33,932 nucleotides of DNA from positions 1 to 33,932 of the IMG/VR virus record IMGVR_UViG_3300036446_000018. One strand, given 5' to 3'. The DNA is from a virus (lineage: Duplodnaviria; Caudoviricetes). Positions 27,542-33,932 of the stretch are shown piece after piece; position 1 is the stretch's first letter, and each line of letters begins with the position of its first letter. Below the pieces are notes generated by a model. It did not search any database, was not told the origin of the DNA, and saw only the letters and a program-made list of their open reading frames with translations. The position numbers were made by a program, and so were the translations under genes.

Positions 27542-27862
27542 TCAGTTCAAGACGTCCGGGTTCGGTAGTACTATTCGAAGCTCCTCCCGGATTTCAAATT
27601 TTGGGCCTTCAGGCGGTTGAAGGCCGCGAAACACAGATTCAGGTATTGGCCCGTTCACCACAAAGCGCTGCGCTTTCTGTTTTTCGCCTAGGTCCTGATG
27701 GGGGATCGTTTGCAGCGAAACTCCCCGCAGCGGGCGCATCTGCTTCCGGTCCGGCGATACCAACCACTCCGGAATGAGCCAAAAGGCGCCTTCGAACTCG
27801 ATGGTATCCATCATCTGGATGCCGCCGCCCGAGATCAGCATCGTCTTGTAGATTTTCGCCAT
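27542..27862 (-). CDS. Antisense moron, hypothetical soluble protein (106 aa)
   Basis: GAGGAG RBS before MAKIYK; tandem GANTC sites upstream. Confidence 0.7.
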   Translation of the reverse strand: MAKIYKTMLISGGGIQMMDTIEFEGAFWLIPEWLVSPDRKQMRPLRGVSLQTIPHQDLGEKQKAQRFVVNGPIPESVFRGLQPPEGPKFEIREELRIVLPNPDVLN

Positions 27863-27932
27863 GGCTCCTCCCGGCGGTGATCCTGCCGCAGCGGAAGTCG
27901 GCGAGTCGAGTCCATCAGCGAATGACCAGCAG

Positions 27933-27959
27933 AGCCGCTCCTTACCGGGGCGGCTTTTT
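27933..27959 (+). terminator. Rho-independent terminator before the tail fibre gene
   Basis: AGCCGCTCC-loop-GGGGCGGCT followed by TTTT. Confidence 0.65.
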
Positions 27960-27975
27960 CTATTGAGGAGAGGCC

Positions 27976-28836
27976 ATGCCTCGCGATGCAAATGGCGTCT
28001 ACACGCTCCCGGCGATCTATCTGGCCGTCACCGGCACGACGATCATTGCTGCGCAACATAACGGACCGCTTGAGGATATCCGCCAGGCGCTGACGGACTC
28101 CCTGCCGCGCTCCGGCGTGGCCGCCATGGAGGGGGCGCTGAAGCTGGCGGACGGCACCCCGGCCGCGCCAGGCCTGACCTTCAATTCGCAGACCAATGTC
28201 GGTTTGACGAAGACGACCAACGGCATCGGCGTCGTCATCGGCGCCGAGGTCGTCGCCGAGTTCACCGCGGATGGCCTGATCGGGCTCCCGATCGGTACGC
28301 CGATCTTCGTTCCGGACGGAACCTTGCCGCCGCTTTGCGTCTGGGCGGACGGCCGAAACATCAGCCGCGCGACCTATGACAGGCTGTTCGCCAAATGGGG
28401 GACGAAGTACGGCGTCGGCAACGGTACGACGACGTTCGGCGTGATGGACGTGCGCGGGACCAGCTTTGTCGGGCGCGACAACTTCGGCGGAACCGATGCG
28501 AACCGCCTGACGAACGTTCCTGCCGTATCGGGCAACCGGCTCACGACGGGCTCGATCATCGGCGGAAACCTTCACACGCTCTCCGGGGGCGAGGTCGGCA
28601 CGCACACGCACCCCGTCAGCGTCTCAGGCACGTTCAACGATGTCATACCGGCGTTCTCCGGCCAGACCTTCAGCACTGCGCCGCCGCAGTTCAACCTGAC
28701 CGTAGCCACCAGCACGACCACCACGTCGAACAGCGTCGCCTCCTCGGGTACGGCGTCCGCGAACAGCGGTGGCAACGCTCACAACAACGTTCCGCGGTCG
28801 CTCGTCTGCGACGTCGCTATCTATGCAGGAGCCTGA
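27976..28836 (+). CDS. Tail fibre with collar domain
   Basis: MPRDANGVYTLP anchor; collar PIGT...ADGRNISRATYDRLFA...GNGTTTFGVMDVRG; THTH; AHNNVPRS. Confidence 0.85.
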   Translation: MPRDANGVYTLPAIYLAVTGTTIIAAQHNGPLEDIRQALTDSLPRSGVAAMEGALKLADGTPAAPGLTFNSQTNVGLTKTTNGIGVVIGAEVVAEFTADGLIGLPIGTPIFVPDGTLPPLCVWADGRNISRATYDRLFAKWGTKYGVGNGTTTFGVMDVRGTSFVGRDNFGGTDANRLTNVPAVSGNRLTTGSIIGGNLHTLSGGEVGTHTHPVSVSGTFNDVIPAFSGQTFSTAPPQFNLTVATSTTTTSNSVASSGTASANSGGNAHNNVPRSLVCDVAIYAGA

Positions 28837-28838
28837 TC

Positions 28839-29327
28839 ATGGCAATTGAACTGCGGCTATCCGAGGTGACGGCGCTCGGCTTCGATCTCGGCCTCGCCAT
28901 CTCGGAATATCGTGTCGCGCTGCAGGACCACGCCAAGACCGAGGACGTGCCGGCGCCGACTGCTCATCCGCTCGTCGAGCAAATCGTCAAGCACGGCGAG
29001 GGCCAGGTTGTCGTCGTCGACGACACGCCGATTCCGACGCCGGCCGAGCTGCGATTTGCTGCCATGCAGGCGGTGCAGGCCTCGATGATGGAGCGCATCA
29101 ACGCGCTCGCTTCGCCGGCCCGGCGCCAGCTCGCGCAGCACGATCTGAACGTTCTCAACGTCAAGCCGGTGCGGACTGCGGCCGAGGATGCGCTCGTCGC
29201 AGCAATTACAGACCTGTTCGCCACCATCGTCGCGATCGAGCGGCATTCGCTGCTGCTCCAGATCGAGATCGAGGATCTGCCCGACGATCAGGTGGCCGGC
29301 TGGGCACAGCACGGCTGGCCCGCGTGA
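28839..29327 (+). CDS. Putative tail fibre assembly chaperone
   Basis: Start re-assigned to MAIELR (AGGAG RBS); follows the fibre; W-P C-terminus. Confidence 0.55.
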   Translation: MAIELRLSEVTALGFDLGLAISEYRVALQDHAKTEDVPAPTAHPLVEQIVKHGEGQVVVVDDTPIPTPAELRFAAMQAVQASMMERINALASPARRQLAQHDLNVLNVKPVRTAAEDALVAAITDLFATIVAIERHSLLLQIEIEDLPDDQVAGWAQHGWPA

Positions 29328-29376
29328 TCGGTGAGAGTAGCAAGGCAATCGTCATGACTTCGAAAGGTCGCATGCC

Positions 29377-30150
29377 GTGGCAACATTAATCCGCATCAGA
29401 GATATGCCAGGTGAAGCGTCCAACATGGACGCGGACGACTTCGCCGTGATCGATGGGCCTTCCGGCGCCCGCAAGATCCTGCGGGATGCCTTGCTCCGGT
29501 CCGCGGAAGGCTGCTCGCTTCGCCAGATCTCGGTGTTCACCGCAAGCGGCACTTGGACCAAGCAGGCTTGGACGAAGGCCGTCCGGGTGACCGTCATCGG
29601 CGGCGGTGGCTCGGGCGGTTCGCCGCAAGCTGCTACGTCGGCGATGGCGGTCGGCGGTGGCGGTGCGGCTGGCGGCTCGTCGATCAAGTTCATCCTCGCG
29701 GCGTCGCTCGGCGCAACTGAATCCGTCACAGTCGGGGCCGGCGGCGCATCTGCGACCGCTCCGTCCGCCGGAGCGGCTGGCGGCGCGTCCTCGTTCGGAG
29801 CGCACTGCTCTGCGACGGGCGGAGCAGGTGGCGCTGTGGACTCCACTGGCGGCGCCGCCGCAGCTGGCCAGCAGGTGGGTGGCGCGGGCGGAATCGGCTC
29901 TGGCGGCATTATCAACATTGCCGGCGCGCCGGGCGGCGCTGGCATTCGCTTCAGCGGGACCATCGGTCACGGCGGGATTGGCGGCTCCGGAGCCTACGGC
30001 GGCGGCGGTGAGAGCGTCGTGCAGGGCGTCGTAGGTAACGCCGGCCGCGGTTTCGGTGCTGGCGGATCATCGGGGGCGTCGAACAATGCGACCGGCCGCG
30101 CAGGCGGCGCGGGAGCGGGCGGCATTGTCATCGTTGAGGAGTTCGAATGA
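29377..30150 (+). CDS. Glycine-rich second fibre/appendage protein
   Basis: VFTASGTW...VIGGGGSGG...VTVGAGG...SSFG...GIVIVEE glycine-rich domain. Confidence 0.75.
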   Translation: MATLIRIRDMPGEASNMDADDFAVIDGPSGARKILRDALLRSAEGCSLRQISVFTASGTWTKQAWTKAVRVTVIGGGGSGGSPQAATSAMAVGGGGAAGGSSIKFILAASLGATESVTVGAGGASATAPSAGAAGGASSFGAHCSATGGAGGAVDSTGGAAAAGQQVGGAGGIGSGGIINIAGAPGGAGIRFSGTIGHGGIGGSGAYGGGGESVVQGVVGNAGRGFGAGGSSGASNNATGRAGGAGAGGIVIVEEFE

Positions 30151-30611
30151 TGCAGCGCTTTGCCCTGATCGTTGACGGCCGGGTCCACGAGATCGTCGAG
30201 ATTCCCGACGAGGTCGAGATCGCCGATCGGTTTCATGCCGACCTGCAGTTCGAGCCCGCTGGTCCGTCCGTCGAATGCGGCTGGCTATGGGATGGCGAGC
30301 AACTGAGCCCGCCTCCGCCTGAACCGGAGCCTACGACTGAAGATCTGATGCGCTGGGGCGGCGACGTGATCCAGCGGCATTTGGATGCGAACGCGCAAAC
30401 CCGCCACTACGACAGCATCCATACGGCGGTCGGCTATCGAAATGACCCGAATCCTGTCTTCGCCGCCGAGGCTGAAGCACTGTTCGCCTGGCGCTCTGCG
30501 GTCTGGACGGTCGGGCTCGCCATCATGGCGGAAGTCGCGATCGGAGGCCGCCAGATGCCGAGCGAGCCCGAGATCATCGCCGCGCTGCCGCCGATGGCGT
30601 GGCCTGCCTGA
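30147..30611 (+). CDS. Putative tail fibre assembly chaperone
   Basis: GWLWDGEQLSPP; HLDANAQTRHYDSI...WRSAVW...ALPPMAWP. Confidence 0.65.
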   Translation: MMQRFALIVDGRVHEIVEIPDEVEIADRFHADLQFEPAGPSVECGWLWDGEQLSPPPPEPEPTTEDLMRWGGDVIQRHLDANAQTRHYDSIHTAVGYRNDPNPVFAAEAEALFAWRSAVWTVGLAIMAEVAIGGRQMPSEPEIIAALPPMAWPA

Positions 30612-30639
30612 TATCGCCTGCAGTCCGATCTTTCCACGC

Positions 30640-30660
30640 GCCGCCTCCGGGCGGCTTTTT
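30640..30660 (+). terminator. Rho-independent terminator before the endolysin
   Basis: GCCGCC-TCCG-GGCGGC-TTTTT. Confidence 0.75.
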
Positions 30661-30678
30661 CATGTCCGGAGCAATCGT

Positions 30679-31410
30679 ATGATCCCCAACGAGGTGCAAG
30701 CCGCGCTGGTCGCACTCGGCTTTTCGATCGCGGTCGACGGCGTGATCGGGGCGAGGTCGCGCGCAGCGATCAGGGATTTCCAACAGCGGAACGGCCTGAC
30801 CGCTGACGGCAAGGCCGGACCATTGACGATCGCTGCGCTGCACGCCGCGCTGGTCGAGGCGAAGCCGGCTCCGCCAGTTGCCGGCAAGGTCGTGCCCGCG
30901 CATTGGATGCCGCCCGGTCGCCTTGAGCGGATCATCTGCCACTGGACGGCCGGCCAGCATCGCGCCTCCGACACCGACCTTGCTCACTATCACATCCTGA
31001 TCGAGGGCGACGGCAAACTGATCCGCGGAGAGAGCCCGATCTCAGCAAACGGGATCGGCGGCACCGGCAAGCGCGCCAGCCATACGCTGAACTGCAACAC
31101 CGGCTCGATCGGCGTCTCGCTGTGCTGCATGGCCGGCGCCCGGGAGCAGCCCTTCGAGCCCGGCAAGGCGCCGATGACCGCCGTGCAATGGGAGCGGCTG
31201 GTGCGCGTCGTCGCTGATCTCAGCCGGCGCTACGACATCCCGGTGAGCCCGCAGACCGTGCTTTCGCATGCCGAGGTCGAGGCCAATCTCGGCATCAAGC
31301 AGCGCGGCAAATGGGATTTCACCCGGCTCGCCTTCGACCCGTCGGTCAAGGGCGCCAGGGCCTGTGGCGAGCTGTTGCGCGCTGGGGTCGCCGCTGTCCT
31401 CGCTGCCTAA
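30679..31410 (+). CDS. Endolysin: peptidoglycan-binding domain + N-acetylmuramoyl-L-alanine amidase
   Basis: DGVIGARSRAAIRDFQQRNGLTADGKAGPLT; ICHWTAG, YHILI, SIGVSL, LSHAEV, KWD. Confidence 0.9.
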   Translation: MIPNEVQAALVALGFSIAVDGVIGARSRAAIRDFQQRNGLTADGKAGPLTIAALHAALVEAKPAPPVAGKVVPAHWMPPGRLERIICHWTAGQHRASDTDLAHYHILIEGDGKLIRGESPISANGIGGTGKRASHTLNCNTGSIGVSLCCMAGAREQPFEPGKAPMTAVQWERLVRVVADLSRRYDIPVSPQTVLSHAEVEANLGIKQRGKWDFTRLAFDPSVKGARACGELLRAGVAAVLAA

Positions 31411-31509
31411 TCACACAAGCGGCAGCGCGAGAACCGTGCCTATCAGAACCACAATTGCTGCACGCAGCCACACGCCCTGCGCCTCATTGGAAGTCATCTT
31501 CCGCAACAT
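31411..31509 (-). CDS. Unannotated 32-aa single-TM peptide MLRKMTSNEAQGVWLRAAIVVLIGTVLALPLV
   Basis: Translated by hand; AAAGGTG SD 5 nt before ATG; stop directly abuts the endolysin stop. Confidence 0.5.
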   Translation of the reverse strand: MLRKMTSNEAQGVWLRAAIVVLIGTVLALPLV

Positions 31510-31696
31510 CGACGCACCTTTGCTCGCACAAAACTAGGGCTGCCGGCCGCGGTCGGCTGGGAGGCGGCGTGGCCGGCAGCAGCTCGATGACTTGGGAGCC
31601 GCCGAGCAACCCCAGACTAGCGCGCGCATCGATCTTCGCAACTGACCATTCCGTCCGAATGGTCGCTTTCCCCAACGTAAACTCTAGGAGCAGATC

Positions 31697-31963
31697 ATGA
31701 ACTAACAAATCCTCAGCCTCCTCCGCACGCTCGTGCAGTCTGGCGCCAGCGCGCTTGCGGCCAAGGGACTCATCGATCAGCAGGGCGAGACGGTGCTCGT
31801 CGCCTTCGTGATGTGGCTGATCCCGACTACCTGGGGTTTGTACGTCCGTCGCAAAGCAGGCTTGGTCGCATCCGCCGCGGCCCTGCCGGAGGTGGCGACG
31901 ATCGTCACCACGCCGGAGATCGCCGCGAAGGTCGACGACCCCCGCACTGTCGTCGCCGGCTGA
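31697..31963 (+). pseudogene. Holin-like gene with in-frame TAA at codon 3
   Basis: AGGAG RBS then ATG AAC TAA CAA ATC CTC AGC CTC CTC CGC, i.e. MN*QILSLLRTLVQSGASALAAKG, in frame with the 31733-31963 membrane ORF. Confidence 0.65.
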
Positions 31964-31976
31964 CCGGGAGGGCGCC

Positions 31977-32459
31977 ATGCCCCATCGCGACAAGCCGCTG
32001 CCTGTCCGGCTCTATCTCGGCATCCACGATCACTTCCCGGCACGGCGCTCCGAATGGGTGCTGGCCTGCATCCTGATCGCCTGGGGCTGGATCCTGCTGA
32101 AGCCGGCCGCAGCCTTCGCCGGCAATCCGGCCTGGTCGCAGATGGCGGCGATGATGAGCGAGGAATCCTGGGGGTGCCTCGCCATCGCGATCGGCGCCTT
32201 CCGGCTGATCGCCCTGATCATTAACGGCACCTTCGCCCGCACTTGGTACGGGCGATGGTCGCCGCATGTAAGGGCGCTGGCAAGCTTCCTAACCTGCTTT
32301 CTCTGGTTTCAGATCAGTTTCGGCCTTTGGGCCTCCGATGCGGCGACGACTGGCCTTGCAGTGTATCCCGGCCTCTTCGTGCTCGACGTGATGAACATCG
32401 TCGCTGCAGCGCGTGACGCTGGGAGCATGGACAAGGCCATTGCCGATGACCGACCCTAG
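31977..32459 (+). CDS. Multi-TM membrane protein in the lysis cassette (holin-like)
   Basis: About four hydrophobic segments, GGGAGG RBS. Confidence 0.7.
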   Translation: MPHRDKPLPVRLYLGIHDHFPARRSEWVLACILIAWGWILLKPAAAFAGNPAWSQMAAMMSEESWGCLAIAIGAFRLIALIINGTFARTWYGRWSPHVRALASFLTCFLWFQISFGLWASDAATTGLAVYPGLFVLDVMNIVAAARDAGSMDKAIADDRP

Positions 32460-32811
32460 CGCGCTGTCGACCGAGAACATCATCGGCACGCTGATCGCCG
32501 GCATCGGCATCGGCATCTACATCCTGCGCGAATACTTCAAGACGCGGAAGGCGCCGGCGACCACGCAGAACGGCGACCGGGTCATCCCTGGCGTCACCAT
32601 AGCCGACATGCAGCCGATCCGCGACCTTAAGGATGAGCAGGCGAAGACCACTGCGGCCGTCACCCGTGTCGCCGAGGCGCTGGAAGGCATGCTCGAGCTA
32701 ACCCGGGAGCGGGCGGCGGACGAAGAGATCATGCGCCGCGCCGAGATCCTGGCGCAGCAGATGCTCAAGCAGTTGCCTGCCGGGAAGCGGGCGGCGCGCA
32801 CGCCGCGCTAA
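32446..32811 (+). CDS. Single-TM + coiled-coil protein in the lysis cassette
   Basis: IIGTLIAGIGIGIYIL followed by a helical C-terminus; start re-assigned to MTDPS. Confidence 0.65.
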   Translation: MTDPSALSTENIIGTLIAGIGIGIYILREYFKTRKAPATTQNGDRVIPGVTIADMQPIRDLKDEQAKTTAAVTRVAEALEGMLELTRERAADEEIMRRAEILAQQMLKQLPAGKRAARTPR

Positions 32812-32882
32812 GGCGGAGGGAACTGAATTCGAAGTTCGGCGTTTCGTCGCCGTCCCCTTGCCCCCGCAAGTGACAAACCTTC

Positions 32883-32914
32883 GCCCCGTCGGCTCGCGCC
32901 GGCGGGGCTTTTTT
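32883..32914 (+). terminator. Terminator ending the late operon
   Basis: GCCCCGTCGGC-loop-GCCGGCGGGGC followed by TTTTTT. Confidence 0.8.
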
Positions 32915-32918
32915 GTCG

Positions 32919-33287
32919 TCAGGCGGCGCAGTGAGATCCATTGGTGAGCAGCTGCCGCAGAGCTGCCCTGACGGTGTTCATGGCCTCCCGCAGGAGGTCT
33001 TCGTCCGGCCCGACTGAGTCCGGGTCCAGGCTGACATCGACGAGAGCGCTGACCCCTGCCCAAGTTGTCGGCACGATCCTGACGAGGCCGTCGAGCCTGC
33101 TCTCCCACAGGTTCGAAACTTGCTCCATCTGGCGGCTGTCGGTGCAGTTCTTGTAGGTCTTCCGCAGTTCGATCAACTTCTGCAGCGTAGCATTGTAGCG
33201 GTTGAATGCTGCAATGAAGGGATCGATTTGGGCTGTCTTGGTAGGCGCCGACATTCGGGCGATGGCCCGTCCGGTTGCCAATTGCAT
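32919..33287 (-). CDS. Helical hypothetical protein, paralogous to the C-domain of 2162-2761
   Basis: GGGGGA RBS; DP..AA...Y and RIVPTTWAG motifs. Confidence 0.7.
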   Translation of the reverse strand: MQLATGRAIARMSAPTKTAQIDPFIAAFNRYNATLQKLIELRKTYKNCTDSRQMEQVSNLWESRLDGLVRIVPTTWAGVSALVDVSLDPDSVGPDEDLLREAMNTVRAALRQLLTNGSHCAA

Positions 33288-33382
33288 GTGTTTCCCCCGA
33301 GTGCTTTCTGAGACGATCGCATCTTTCGGCGATTACGAATCAACCAAGCCCACGCAACTGGCTGACAGTGACGCCCTCACTC

Positions 33383-33397
33383 TTAAGTTGCAGTTAA
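33383..33397. promoter_or_regulatory. CtrA-binding box
   Basis: Perfect TTAA-GTTGCAG-TTAA (TTAA-N7-TTAA) in GC-rich DNA, ~95 bp upstream of 33287. Confidence 0.7.
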
Positions 33398-33725
33398 TGT
33401 TAGATGGGTTGTAGTGTTGGCCGGCGAGATTCATTCACAGGTTCGTGAATCGTCGCTCGTGGCGGCCCCCCTACCGCGCGCCGCGTGAACTTGGGGCGCT
33501 GGTCGTCTCGTTAGCCCGCCAGCCTTGCTGGCGGGCCTTTTCTTCTGCGGTGTCCCGCGAGCATCGAAACGGCGCGTCAATGCCACGGAGTGCTGCCCGA
33601 TTCAGGCGGGGCCTATCCCGTCGCTCCTTCCCGCTGCAACTGCCAAGGAATGTCATTGATCTCCCTTAGGAGAGCGGGCCGCGTGTTTGTCGGCCAGTCA
33701 TCGCTCGGGGAGAGATTTAGAAGCT

Positions 33726-33932
33726 ATGCTCGCAGCCTATATTGATGAGATCATCATGTTCTGCGCGGGACTATGGATGACCGCTGTCGGCTTGGGCTTT
33801 CTGTCGCTGCCAGGTAACGCTGCCATGCAACCCGATTGGGTGCCAAAGGTTGTCGCTCACTTCAAGTGGATGGGGCCTTTGCTATTGGTCATCGCAGTCG
33901 TCCTAGCGATTGCATCCAAGCCGGTCAGCTGA
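33726..33932 (+). CDS. Small two-TM membrane protein (may lie outside the prophage)
   Basis: IIMFCAGLWMTAVGLGFL and MGPLLLVIAVVLAIA helices. Confidence 0.6.
   Translation: MLAAYIDEIIMFCAGLWMTAVGLGFLSLPGNAAMQPDWVPKVVAHFKWMGPLLLVIAVVLAIASKPVS

Larger units (their letters stand above)
1..33287. mobile_element. Temperate prophage, podovirus-like morphology (right boundary uncertain)
   Basis: Complete module order integrase-early-cI/cro-replication-terminase-portal-capsid-short tail/ejection-fibre-lysis; no tape measure or sheath gene; att cores not seen. Confidence 0.95.

Noticed and set aside
29600-30125. GGC-rich repeats as a DNA repeat array or DGR target
   Set aside because: Explained by glycine codons; no reverse transcriptase or template/variable repeat pair seen
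31697-31705. Genome-wide stop-codon recoding as the explanation of the holin TAA
   Set aside because: TAA, TAG and TGA all end other genes here (e.g. TAA ends the endolysin) and no suppressor tRNA is visible
1-33932. CRISPR array, tRNA, rRNA or IS element
   Set aside because: No regularly spaced repeats, cloverleaf or transposase motifs noticed by eye

Overview
This window holds an almost complete, compact (~33 kb), high-GC temperate prophage with podovirus-like (P22/T7-type, short-tail) virion genes. The host is inferred to be an alphaproteobacterium (Hyphomicrobiales-like) from GANTC clustering, a perfect CtrA box and an alpha-type LexA box. Left arm: integrase with an overlapping xis-like gene; a translationally coupled leftward early operon; an SOS-box-preceded Zn-finger gene; a cI/cro switch with matching operators; an O-like initiator plus a Twinkle/T7-gp4-type primase-helicase; a putative late regulator; two morons, one DUF4238-like. 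Right arm: terS, terL, portal, scaffold, capsid, decoration and tail proteins; three ejection proteins; two antisense morons; two fibre/chaperone pairs; an amidase endolysin and membrane/lysis genes; right-end accessory genes. Most notable: (1) the holin-like gene has a TAA stop at codon 3 and sits next to an unannotated antisense 32-aa membrane peptide with a structured leader; (2) accessory genes appear wired to host LexA, CtrA and CcrM signals; (3) the primase-helicase resembles plant organellar Twinkle; (4) a paralogous helical domain recurs at both prophage ends. All protein calls come from motif recognition and synteny, with no database search. Att core sites are not visible in the window.
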